Below are positions 40,899-53,833 of a DNA stretch of 64,000 nt, piece after piece (positions within the stretch are counted from its first letter, which is position 1; every line of letters begins with the position of its first letter). The notes under the pieces are model-generated. The model ran no database searches. It was not told the DNA's origin and was given only the letters and a program-made list of their open reading frames with translations. Source of the stretch: the human T2T-CHM13v2.0 reference genome, Homo sapiens; assembly GCF_009914755.1 (NCBI RefSeq), contig NC_060931.1; one strand, given 5' to 3'. The translations under genes were made by a program, and so were the position numbers.

Positions 40899-43800
40899 AG
40901 GCCTCAACTTCCTTGTTTCCGGGACACACAAGAGGAGATGACCGCTAAGGCCTCCTCAGCCAAGACCAAGTGGACAGGACTCAAAACCAGCCCAAAATCC
41001 AAAGCAGCACAATGCAGGCAGCGAGGACGTGGGGGCCAGAGCCGGGACACCTGGGGAGGGGGTCTCACTCCGCCCAGGCCTCAGACAGGCGACTGCTCCA
41101 ATTCATCTCAGTCCACACCACTGAGAAAGCAATGGGGCCGAGGAACAATGGGTCCGAGAATGCCAAGGAACCCAAGCTGGGAGCCAGGCAGTGAATGAGA
41201 AAGTGCTTCTCACACCTAGAGAAGCTATGAGGGTGAGAACCCAGGCAGCAGGAGGTGCGGACACCCACAGCCACAGCCGGCCATCCACGGGCACCAGGCC
41301 TCTGGAGGTGCAGAAGGGCACGCCCCTGGCACAGGGGATGAGGCAAGAGACACACAGCAGCAGCAGGGGCTGCCCGGACCAGCAGGGAGTGGTGCTGAGT
41401 GGGGAAGGGAGACAGTGAGGCCTTGAGGCTGCAGAGGCGTCTGGGACCCCTGGGAGCAGCGCCTGCATCGAGACTCAGCCCATTCTGAGGCTCATGCCTG
41501 GGCAGTGTTCCTCAGCAAGGGACGAGGGCCGGGAAAGCAGAAGGGGTGCCCCTGCTGTAGGCTTCTGCACTCAGGTCTCCCAGACCAACGGGGAGGGCAC
41601 GCTCAGCAGCGCGGTGTCGCACTGGATCAAAGTAAGACGGAACTGAGAGGAAGCTTCACCTCCAGCGGGAGGAAGGCAGCGGAATCACTCATGCGGCGGC
41701 TCCATGCCACACAGCTCTGTCTTCTCGGGGCACAGAGGACAGATCAGTGAGGACGCCCGCGACTTCAGACTCTGAAGACACACTTGGAATCACCTTGCTT
41801 TGGAGGACTCAAAATGACCTTGAGTCTTTGAGGCCCCAGGACTGGGGCTGACTGCACAGCGCCGTCCTCTGCCAAAGCCCCGTAGCACCAGAGCGCCAGT
41901 CACGCACCAGGCCTCTGCGCAGAAGGCGCATGGCAAACACCCTCCGTCCACAGATGAGGCCTGCGCAGCACACGCCACGGGGACCCAGGTGCTCAGTCCA
42001 GACAGGAACAAGAGACCTCGGGCCCTAAACCCTGTGACAACCAGACACAAAGTGGGCAAGAGTCCCTCCCACTCACCGCAGAGATCCAAATAGCCAGGGT
42101 CCCTCTCCCTTGCTGCCTGGGGTCCCACCAACCATGCCGTACGCAGCAGCAGTCACCCAAGCCATCATGTGTATGGTCTCTTGCCTGGTTAACAAGTCAG
42201 GAAGGCTACGCTAAGGACGGCCCCCTCAAACAAATGGGCAGGGAGCACAGCACGGCAGACACGTCCATCCAGCACAGCCCTGGTCACGGAGGACACAGCA
42301 CATGCAAGAGCCGCCTGCTGCCACTGCTCCAGGAGGCCCAAGGGAGCGCACTACCACACCCGATAGCTGCCCGGCATGAGCCAGAGGCAATGAAGATCTA
42401 CACACCACAGGGCTCACACCACACGCCAGGCATCACGCACCAAGGCCCGGCGTCCCCAGAGGTGGGCCCAAGGGGAAATGGAGGAACAGAAGGAAAGCCC
42501 CTGGAGGGCCAAATAAAGGGGTCAGAAAAGACGCTACTCGAACTGGACCTCAAAGGCTGAGCTGGAATTTGCTAAGCCAAGAGGGCAGGTGGGAATTCTT
42601 ATAGAGGAAACAACAGGAAGGTGCCGGAATGTCTGGGGATGGAGGGCACCCTGGCATGGACACGGAGGCCTCCTGACACGATGGGTGGCAAGGGTGACAG
42701 AAACACAAGTGACCCCAGTGCACGTGGCTGAAGAGGGTGAGCTTCACTGAGGCTCCTAAGCGCAGTGGTAGCACAGCCTCCCATGGTCCAGGAAGGAGCA
42801 TCCCCCAACGCACCGCTAACACTGGTGACCAGACTCCACCCCGACCGCCAGGTCAACATGCAGCAGCCACAGCCTGTCTCACCTGGACCCACAGCCCCGC
42901 CTGCCCTGTGCACTCCGGCGCCCGGCCCACTGTGGAGGGTGCAGGTCAGGTGCTCGCTCTGTTCCTCAACAGGAGTTGTTTCCCGCAGCCCCTGCCGCCT
43001 TGGCTTCGTTAGCATTCAACAGCAATTTATTCCTCTCTCGCTGCCTTCTTTTGTGCAGCAGAGATAAGTAATGTTTCTAATCTGTGCTATCTCCCAGCTG
43101 CAAATGTTCAAGCACTTTTTTCTTTTTATTTAAAAAAATGAAATCTCATTTTAGATTTGCAAAAGAGACAGCTAGCAATCTTTACTGTACTAACAACCCG
43201 CCACCCAGAGGCCAGGCGGGAGCGTGGACGGAAGTGAGCGCATCGGGCTGGGAGACAGCCGAATCTCAGAAGTCAGCACTGGGAGACTCATTTCTCTTCT
43301 CTTCAAAAAACCCATTAGACGTGGTTCAGAAGAGGTACTCCTACCCGAGACCCAGGAAGCACCCGGGCCGTGGCTTCCTGTGAACAGTCCTCAGGCGTGA
43401 GCTCTCAACCCTGCAGGGAGGAGCCCCTGGTAGGCCATTCTGGCCATGAAACTATCCTCAGTGGGACTGGCTGCCGACTGTGAGGAGTCACCTCCCACCA
43501 GCCCAGCCCTCGATGCCCCAGGCATGACTCAGAAGAACCAGCACCAATGCTCTTGGTGTCATCTGGGCTAACCTAGCACATGGATTTTCAAACTTCTCAC
43601 AGCTCAAGCCAAGGGGCTGGCTGTGAGCTCCTTACAGGTAGAGGTCATTCCTTACACTTCGCCCCCAGCCACACAAAGCCCAAAACCGTCTCAGGGACAT
43701 GGGCATTTAATAACTACCTGTTGATGGATAAGGACATAGGTGAGAAGCAAATCCCAGGCAACCATTGAGGTTTGAGAGACAGGTGCACACTGCTTTACGA

Positions 43801-44905
43801 CGGCCAGCGCAGTCAGCTGCAAGTACTTTCTGTTCCAGACCAGCAGGGAAAATGAGGAGGAAAAGGTCTCAAAGCCCAGCCTGTTTCTGAGCAGAGCTAG
43901 GAATCCCAGCTGACTAGATCTCCGCGTTCTCCTTTACTCTTGAAACTCTATGGCAGAAAGCACGGCCTTTTGACCTTGAGCCTTCTGACAAATAGTAAGA
44001 AGCATGCCACAGCCAGGCGCTTCTGAGCGTGAAGCACCTGCTTCCTGGAGGGGGTGCCACACTCCAGACATTACAATGCTGGTGCCTTGCTCTGTGGTAC
44101 TGCCGCTTTGCTTCTGCTTTACCCTACCCACCTGCCCACCCGGCGCGTCTGCCTCGTCCTGGCAGGACAAGCCCTGAGCGGGCCCTGCACCATCTGCAGG
44201 CCTCCTGACACCTGAGAGCAGAGATGCTGTCCGTGTCCTGGGCCCTGGCTGCAAACCGGAAGGCGTCCTTGGAAACGGCCGCACTGGGCCAGCACACAGC
44301 AAGCAGGGAGAGCGGGAGCCGCGTCCACCCGAGCCCCAGGTCCTGGCCGCAAATCATCACTTCATCTTGGCAGCTCATTCTGTTTTTATCATCAGTTTTA
44401 AATAATTAAGCTGGCCCTGAAGGGGGTTGGAGGGTGGGAGGGGAACAGCTCGTTGCCCAAGGCCAAGCCCCAGCGACTGGAGGCGCGGCTCCAGCATGAC
44501 TCCTGTCGGGAGGGGCGCAGGGGCCTCCAGTGCCCCCCACCTCCACTCTGCAGACACGCCTGACAACTTGACGTTGGTGTTAAAGTCGTATCATTTCTGT
44601 AACAGTGCAGTTATTAACGAAGCCTCATTTGCACGTGTCAGGGGAAGAGAAAAATCACCTAATTAACCACTTTCCCCATCAGCAAGAGGATGGGGGGAGT
44701 GCTGCCAATTTGTTTTCAACGGCTTCCTTCCCACCCTCAGAAACTTGCTCCCCTTCAATGGGAAAAAACTCATAATCCTTTGTCACAAGGGACTGGAAAA
44801 ACCCTAGTTTCCACTGTGGGAACATTCATACACCAAAGAGGATGCGGGCTTTTGTGCTATGGGGTCTGCCCTGGGGGGAAGGGCCACAGCCACTGTGCCT
44901 GGCGC

Positions 44906-45279
44906 GAGACTGGGGCTCCACTCCTAAAGGGTCTCCATCCAGGTGGGTGGCATGAGACTGGGGCTCCACTCCTAAAGGGTCTCCATCCAGGTGGGTGGCA
45001 TGAGACTGGGGCTCCACTCCTAAAGGGTCTCCATCCAGGTGGGTGGCATGAGACTGGGGCTCCACTCCTAAAGGGTCTCCATCCAGGTGGGTGGCATGAG
45101 ACTGGGGCTCCACTCCTAAAGGGTCTCCATCCAGGTGGGTGGCATGAGACTGGGGCTCCACTCCTAAAGGGTCTCCATCCAGGTGGGTGGCAGGAGACTG
45201 GGGCTCCACTCCTAAAGGGTCTCCATCCGGGTGCCTGGCATGAGACTGGGGCTCCATTCCTAAAGGGCCTCCATCCAGG
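44906..45279. repeat. 48-bp VNTR, about 8 near-identical copies
   Basis: Unit gagactggggctccactcctaaagggtctccatccaggtgggtggcat. Confidence 0.98.
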
Positions 45280-45784
45280 AGGCTGTGCACCTGGACCCTG
45301 AGAGCCAGTAAAGAACAAAGACGCTTCTTCCCTCAACTTACCAAAGTGAGCAGCCTCTATGCTGCCACCCACCAGACTACCGGCTCCATGCTCACCAAAG
45401 TGAACAGCTTCTATGCTGCTCACCCACTAGACTGTTGGCTCCGTGCACACAGGGCCACAGCTGTCTCAGTCACCATCACAGCCCAAGCTGGCCCACGCCT
45501 GACACATGCTGGATAAACACATACCAGGCAGGAGAAGGAGGAGTGCAGTCCAGTGCACACAGGGGGCTCTGCAGCTGGGAAGACCCTGACTGGAGGTCTG
45601 AATCTGCCATGGGTGGGAGTGGGCAGATCACACAGCCTCGCTGACCTTGGACCCTCCTGTCTGACTCAGGACTGAGTCTCCCCAGCAGAAGAGGCTGAGA
45701 GCACAGGATAAGGTGAAAACGCAGGCTAGGTCCTGGCACCAGTCACAGGGCAGACTCTCAACAGATGCCAAGTCCTGCCACTGC

Positions 45785-46465
45785 ACCCACCATCATCACC
45801 AACACTGCCACTGTCACCACAACCACCATCACCACCGTCACCGTCACCACCGCCACCGTCGCCACCGCCACCACCACCACCGCCACTGTCACCATCACCA
45901 CCATCACTATCACCACCGCTACCGTCACCGTCACCATCACCGCCGTCACCATCACCATCACCACCGCCACCATCACCACCGTCACTATCACCACCGTCAC
46001 CATCACCACCACCATCACTAGCACTCTCACCATGTCACCATCACCACTGTCACCCTCACCACCACTGCTACTGTCACCACTCACCACCACTGCTACTGTC
46101 ACCACTCACCACTGTCACCAATAACCACCATCACCACCATTCTCACGTCACCATCACCACCACCGTCACCATCACAACTGTCACCATCACTCTCACCACA
46201 TCCCCATCACCACTGTCACCATCGGTGACACCACGGTCTCCACCACCCTCGCACCATCATCGCCACTGTCACTATCTCCACTGTCACCAGCACTCTCAGG
46301 ACCACTCTCCACACCATCACCACCGTCACCAGCACTCTCACCACGTCCCCACCATCACCACTGTCACCATCAGTGACACCACGGTCACCGCCACCCTCGC
46401 ACCATCATGGCCGTCACCGTCTCCACCGTCACCAGCACTCTCAGGACCACTCTCCACGCCATCCT
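45785..46465. repeat. (CAC/CAT/CGT)n low-complexity tract with an internal duplication of about 115 bp
   Basis: Trinucleotide-phase CAC repeats; about 46203-46320 is similar to about 46350-46463. Confidence 0.95.
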
Positions 46466-49400
46466 CAGCATGAGACGCATCCTTGTCACTCCAGAGACAA
46501 TGCCCAGAGATGGCGTCTTCTCCTACCCACTCCTAAAGCGGGCCTCTCCTCAGGTGTATAAGGCACACGGAGAAAACAGGTTCGGCAGAGGTGGCACTGT
46601 CCCCTCTCAGGACATCAGCTCCACAACTCAGAGGAGGCAGCCTCCGTGATGCTGCCAACACCTGGGTCAGCGCTGGGTCAGGCCTGGCCACGCTGCCTGC
46701 CTGCTGGAGACGCGCGTCCTCTCCCACCTCAGGGCCCCTGCGCTTGCTGCTGCCTCTGCCTGGAACGGGCTCTCTCCCCTGCCCCTGCACCCTACAAAGG
46801 GGCAGCTCCGACCACGCTTCAGCTCTCAGCCCACATGGTGTGTCCAGAGGGAGGCCGTCCATCCGGCCACGCTGAGGGCCGGGTCGCAGCCCAAGCCATG
46901 GCTGCCCCGACGGGCCCTGCACACACAGTCATACCTGCGCTCCTGCACTCAGTGAAGGCCTGGGCCTGCCTGCCCCGCCGCTCAGTAGACGGCACATGGG
47001 ACATCGCCATGCCTAGTGATGACGTTTCTGTTTGGAAGAAGTGGGTGAGCACCTGAGAGGACAGAGGGTGAGGCGATACAGCAGTGCAGCAGATCTCACC
47101 CGCCCCCGAGGCCACTGCACAGCGGCGGGGCTCTCGACCACCGTGCTCTTGGTTGGGCGGGGCAACCGCAGATGGGCCAGCACTGGGGCAAAGACCACCA
47201 CCAGGCAGCCCTGGGAGCCCCTGCGAAGGCCTCTCAGGAGCCGGGCAGCACAGCCAGAACACTGAGACTCGATCCCACAGGGGAGAAGGAGGGAGCGGCC
47301 ACGAGGAGGAGCCAGGGAGGCGGCTACTCAGAGGGCAGGTGCTGTCCTCCTCCCTGCCCAGATCCCAGCAGTGTGGCATAAGCAGACCCCCTGAACCACT
47401 GTGCACGGAGTCCCTCCGCATCCCCAGGCAGAGGGACAGTCTCACAGGTGGTGTCCGGACTCTGGAGATGGGGTGGGAAAAGGCAAGGAATGCGGGGAGA
47501 CCACCAGTTCTGATGCCACGCCATACAACACTCCACCCCGCTGGACGTCGGAGAAAGAGGCCCCCAGACACATGGCAGAGAATCAAATATGCAGCCGGTG
47601 TCTGGAAATCATTCAATGAAGGTAAGGAGTGTGCTCCTCAGCAGCCTGCCTTGAGCAAAAGCATCTCGTGGCAGATAAGTAATGATCAGAGCTCTCCGGG
47701 CCAACTGCACAACAGGCCATATCTGTTATTAAAGGCATGCTGCTTTGATGACCAGAAACCTGGATTAGAACCACGGCAGGCTGGGCCTCCATTTGGGGAA
47801 CCAGGACAAAGGCAGAGCAGATAGCGGCAAACTCCTCCACAGAGGCAAGCCCGGAGTCCCCTGTGCACTGGCGGAGGCTGCTCAGCCCGAGTGGCACTGC
47901 ACAGGCTCCTGAAGGCAGATGAGGCCCCGGAGAGAAAACACAGGAAGACAGCCCCCACAGCCCCGCCCCTCCGCGAAGGAGAGCCGTCACGGCGGCGCAA
48001 TAGCAGGCCAAGGGGGACGCAGTCTGGCATGTGGAGGCGGCCTGTTGCGTCAGATCCCTGACCCGCATGTCAAACACGCTGGTGCCTACAGGGGGCGGCT
48101 GCGGCACCTGGACACTCGGAACACGCGCTCTGCCACCAGAGACAGGCTGGGCTCAAATGAGAAGGAATGAAATGCCAGCAACTACAGATCTTCCACGAAA
48201 GCTCCCCTTAAGCCAGCTCTTCGGTTTAAATGAATTTACTCCTCGTTAAATTCTTAACCTGAAAACATAACTGTTTTATACTTACATGCCTCATTGTGAC
48301 ATCCCTAATGCCTTTGCCATGAAAGACCTCACTGCCAAATCCCACTTTAATTATCTGAGCACAGGTCACATAAATCACTGCAGCTCCCACGCCAGGCCGT
48401 GCACAGCCATGTGGGCTCAGCCTGCAGCTGCCTCTCCTTCCAACGTGCAATGCAGGGTAGGTCCCCCCGCAAGCCCTGGGGACTCTTTCCGGAGCTCAGG
48501 GAAGGAAACCGCTCACCTCCTAAATGTTAAAACACGAAGGGAACTACGCACAGCCCGCCTGGAGATGGGATTCCTGGCACAGCCTGAGGGCTGACCCACC
48601 CAGTCAGAGCCCGGCTTCCCCAGGGGCCGGACACCGCAGTGAGGGGCTGTTCTGAAAAGAGGTCTGCCGGGAAGAAACTGGCTGTGCCTCTGCAGCCCGG
48701 GAGAGCCTCACTCTCTGAGGCCACAAACACCGCACCGTCCTGCTTGGGGATATTCCAGTGAGCAGAAAGGGAAGGTCTCTGCCGACAAGGGGTTGGTTAC
48801 TAACAAAGGGCACTAACACACGAGCTGGCTTCAGGTGGTCACAGCCTGAAAGGCAACAAAGCCAGCAGCGAGGTGGAGTGAGGGGGCCCAGCTAAGAGCA
48901 GGGGAGGAAGGCCACTCAGGGCAGAACAGGCCGCAGAAACCGCAGTGCCCTACGGGGCGGTCTCTGCTGGCCTGGCAGCAGCAGGCAGAGCAAAGCGTGG
49001 GCTCCACGGGAGGGTGGGCGGGCACAGCCTGCGCTGGGGCAAGGCAGGGAGCGTGGATCATCACCCGAGGCATTCATAAAGGACAACCCAAATGTCTGCT
49101 TTGTGGCTGCTCCTACACTGCCCTGAAGCCAGGAAGTAACGAGGCCAGGAAGCCCTGGGACCAGCCATGCAGCCTTGCCAAGGCCAGCCACGCACTGTGA
49201 AGGTTCTGAGGGAAAATGGGGCCTCTCTCACCACAGCCCTGCTTTACCTGGTGGCCTCGGCCTGTCTCCTCACCCCCGCACGGTCCAGTAAGAGACCACC
49301 TTCCAGATGAGACCAGAAAGTCCAGGCACGTGAGACGCCCAGCCAAAACCCCAGTCCCACCAGCTCCAGCTCTCTCCTCCTCAACGCTCCTCACCCACCC

Positions 49401-49833
49401 CGCTCCCCAGCTCCAGGGTAGGGCAGCAGGAAAGGCCCCCATCGTCACAGATGCCACCTAGCAACACCTTCTGGAGCACAGTCCCAGAGCCCTATCCAGC
49501 TGCGGCCCCACAACCAAAGGGCACCAACACCTCAGCCCTGCCCCTGCCCCTGCCCCACACATGGCCCCGCGCCTGCCCCACACATGGCCCCGCCCCTCCA
49601 TTCTGCCCAGCACGAAGCCCCACCCCCCAGACCTATCTATCACACACAGCCCCAGCCATCACACAGCCCCGCCCCTCCACCCTGCCCAGCACACAGTCCC
49701 GCCTCCCACCCCCAGCACAGGGCCCTTGCCCCATTACGCCTAGGCTAGGAATTGGGCCCTTAGTGCTGGCACATCGGCAGCACCCCTCCACTGCGTCGGT
49801 GCCTTGCGTGAAAGGTGCGAGCACGGCAGGCCG

Positions 49834-50013
49834 CTTCTCTATCGGATCCACATGTCCATCCCTGGAGACGGCCATGGTCACTCACACTCCCCACTTCCCA
49901 GGCCCGGCCCCACCCTGCCCTTCCTTCTCTATCGGATATACATGCCCATCCCTGGAGACGGCCATGGTCACTCACTCTCCCCCTTTCCCAGGCCCGGCCC
50001 CACCCTGCCCTTC
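49834..50013. repeat. 90-bp tandem duplication x2
   Basis: cttctctatcggat...ccctggagacggccatggtcactcac...ggcccggccccaccctgcccttc twice. Confidence 0.96.
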
Positions 50014-53000
50014 CCACATGCGCTCCTGGAAACCTGTGCCAAGCCAGCAGGCTCTCCGAGGCTCCCTCTCCAACCCTGCCTAACACCAAGGAGGACACGT
50101 GAGCTCCACTCTCCCAGGGGTGGGGGGAGAAGGCAGGCCAGGGGCACAAATCCCTCCTAGGAGACCGCCTCCCTCCTCTCCAGCCCACCAGACCCAGGCT
50201 AGCATAGCCCGTCACACTCTCGGCCCATCCCGCAAAAGACGCCTGCAGCTGCACTGGAACGTGTTGTCCCGCATGGGCTGTAGGGCCTCCACGAAACCTG
50301 AGAGAGGAAAGTCACCATTCAGTCCCTTCTGCAGGGCTGCCCCTCCCCAGCTGTCATGAGTCCATGCTGCAGCCGGCTCTCTCAGCTGGGAGCCAGTCAC
50401 CCTTCAGCCCCCAGGAGGACTCGTGATGGAGACCCTCCTGGCCCTGGCTGAGAGACAGCTGAGTGCAGACCTGGGCAGGGGCCCGGGGGTCCAGAACGCA
50501 GCTGGCCCAGTCCCCTAGAGGAGCGTAGTCTAGTGTGAAAGAGCCAGGAGGCTCCTGACGCCGTGTGTTCTCACAGGGCCCGGCCCCACAGCCTGGCTCC
50601 CAAGGACAGGAAGGGCACCCACATACAGCATCACTCAGCACCTGGCTGCCTGGGACAGCCGGAGGGCCTGAGGATGGCAGCGCACCGGGAGGCGTGGAAG
50701 GAGGCAGGGCCAACATCCCTAGCAACACAGAGGAGTCGCAAGCACCTTCCCTGCAGGCGGTAAGCCAGGAGTGTGTGGGGCGGGACAGTCAGAGTTGGTG
50801 AGGTCTCGCTGCCGGAGCATCCGGTGGCAGGAAGCCCAGTCCAGAGGCTGCAGCCCAAGCCACAGCAGCCCTGGGGCAGAGGGGGCTGGCCCTCGAGGAT
50901 TATGTGGTCACTGCAGGGTGGTCTTTGCCACCCCACCACCTCCCCCTGAACTACCCACAGCCTCCTCGCTGGACCCCTGCATCCTCACGCACCGACACAC
51001 TTCCTGCTCCCCATCCCGAAGGCCTCTTTCTCCAGGTCGCTCTTCCGACTGTGTGAGGTAACCATGCCACTGCCGCGCTTCCAGTCTTCAACAGCTGCCC
51101 GCTGCAATCATGCTGTGATCCCCGCACTGTGCCAGCCCTGCTGGCGTCCCAGCAGCTCGTCTGTCCCGCTTGGTCACCCCTGCCCAGCCCCCGGCTGCCC
51201 TCAGGCCTCTGCTCAGATGCTGCCTCCTGGTGAGGCCCTGCCTGGCCCCCAGTGACGTCTTTCCCACCCTGTCATTCCACAACACCCAAAGCATTTCCTT
51301 CACAGTGCTTTCAATAATTTCAACGCACTTCCTATGTTTCAAAACATTAGAGGGTATTTGAGGGTCGGAGATGGTAAATGCTTGGACACAGTGATGGGTG
51401 AAAATGGTTTCTCAGCTGCCACCCAGACCTGCAAGGGCACCCATGGGGATGGTGCCTGGCACATGTCGCTGGACTGTGTCCCGGGCTGTGACACCATAGC
51501 TCTCCACAGAAGAGTCCAGGCAGGGGGCAGGAGACACCGGCACCCCCCCACCCCCCACCAACAGGATGCTCAGTGGGGACATGAAACCCATCCAGGTGCT
51601 CGGAAAACACCTGTTTTAAAACTTGCTGACCAAAAACCCCAAAATGGATCATTTTTAAATACAAGGAGCACTAAAGATTTTCATTATGTACGATAACATT
51701 CCCATCAGAAGAGAACAAACTTGGGGGCTGTAGCAAATGAATTCCGGTGGGATTCATGTCCGCTGATCACTATTCAGGCCCCACCTCATTATCATAGCAG
51801 GCTTAATTGGCATTTCATCCCCACATTGTGTCTCACAAACGAACAAGGTGTAATTATGGTAAAAAGAGCGCTCCGACGGTTTTGGTTTAATTCATGTCAT
51901 TCATCCGCGTCAGAATCAGCACAGATGTTCTACTGGAGGACAGAGAGGAAGATGAGTGGCTTTCAAATTATACTTTTTTAGTTTAAAACTTTATTTAAAA
52001 TAAAAAGTTATTTAAGTAAAATTTACAACACAGTGTTTTTCTCCCTTTGTTTTACTTGCTATAGGGCATTAACTTTCAAAGGCTGGTTCTGCTTAATTTG
52101 ATTTTTCATTTTCAAATGAACATCTGTGTTTAGGTCTAAAAAGCTCTTTGTTTAAACATACAGAGCCCCAGAAAGGGTCTGAACAAAGCCTTCCTCTGTA
52201 AACACTTGATTACCAGGAAGGCTTTTCACAGGGAGCCAGGGGTTGGCAGAGGGGGTTTCACTCTGGCTTTCTCTCTAAGGTCAGTAGAAACTTTCATCTC
52301 CTTTCAGAATGGGAGAAACAAAGGCAGCAGCCCTGGGGAAACGGCTCAGCCTCGAGCTCCTTCTGAGCTAGGGACGCGGCAGGAGCGGCTGTCAGAAATG
52401 GGCCCAGGTGGCCTCCAGGAGCCGGCCCGATCCACGATCAGTTCCATCCCTTCTTCACTGGCACATCTCTGAGGCAGCTCCTGGGGAAGTGCAGGGCCCC
52501 CGCGAGGGCTCGCAGGAAGAGCACGGGACAGACCAAACAGGCGCTACCAAGTATGGGTTCCAGACCCCCACCCGGCCATTCCAGACGCCTCCCTGTGCTG
52601 CGCACACAGCCTCCCCGCACCCGCTCTGCAGCTCAGAGCTGCTCACCCTCAGCTCTGGGTCCTCCGCACCCACTTCGGATTCCCATCAGAGGACAGGCCC
52701 TGCCTGTGGGCCCATCACCATCCCATCTCCCACCTAGACGGAAAACCCGAGCTCTGCTCCTCCTGAAATGAGGCCAGCCCTCTGGTGTCAATTACATGCA
52801 ACTTCCCCGGGCCTCGGCTTCTTCTTCAGGCCACATGGATAGTCCCTGCCTTAAGCAGCCCATGAGAGCACTGGAGGCGCACACACAATCAGGTGACGAG
52901 AAGCGGCTGCAGCAGCCGCAGGGAACACGGCAACACAGGAGCCGAACCCGGCACAGCGGGAGCCCCACGCCCGCCAACCCCAGGAGGACACTCAAGAGTG

Positions 53001-53714
53001 GGGCCCCAAGGACTCTGTCATTTCAACTCACTTCCTATGTTTGTAAACGTCAGAACTCATAGCAGGGAGGTGTGCGGCCTCAGGATCCCAGCAACAGCCC
53101 CCAACAGCCTCGAGATGCTCTGGCGTGTCAGCTTTAGGGACTACATCAGAAGACTTCCCCACAATCCAAGATTGTCAAGAGCTGGTTAACGTAGGAAGTT
53201 TAGCAAGAGCTCACTGCGGCTGCGTGGGTCTAAATAGTTTTAAACACTTCTGTGTTTTTATAGCATTATATTTAGAAACCTCTAAATAAAACTCATGGCG
53301 AGTGTTGCAATAATATACATTTTTTAAACTAATTGAATGTTGCCATTACAAGTGCTATTTTGGACAATCTGCTAAATATGTAATTTAGGAATTAAGATTC
53401 ATATCTTACAGGATACGCTAATTATTCCTTTGAATCCGTTTGGGTACTTTCTGAACACACACAAGAAGTCTGAGAGTTGGCGACAATATCCACCCTTCTC
53501 CACAGCGCAGAGGTCAGGCCACTAGTAAGGGCACAAGCGTGGGCTCAGCACAGTTGTGAGAGTGCAGACCCAGCTGCGCAGGCCGGAGGTGGCCATGAGG
53601 CCCACGCCTTTCCAGTCCAGGAGGCTCCGGCTCAAAGCAGCGGGAAGTTCAGTTTATTAAACCACAGCCGATTTTCCTAAGGCTCCCCTCCACTGATCTC
53701 ACACACGTTATCAA

Positions 53715-53833
53715 AATGACACAGATGTCCAGATGGCAGCACCTCGAAGATTCTTGAAGCCTCCTCCTGTGACTTCAATGACACAGATGTCCAGATGGCA
53801 GCACCGCAAAGATTCTTGAAGCCTCCTTCTGTG
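53715..53833. repeat. 62-bp tandem duplication x2
   Basis: aatgacacagatgtccagatggcagcacc...agattcttgaagcctcct twice. Confidence 0.95.

Noticed and set aside
44906-45279. CRISPR-like appearance of regular repeats (also 58773-59198 and 10792-10941)
   Set aside because: Head-to-tail units with no unique spacers, no cas genes, and a eukaryotic Alu-containing context.
45713-46124. Poly-His / poly-Thr (mucin-like) ORFs
   Set aside because: Translations of the (CAC)n low-complexity tract.
43062-47684. Shared 12-mer agataagtaatg at 43062 and 47673
   Set aside because: Many repeated 12-mers are expected by chance in 64 kb, so this is not significant alone.
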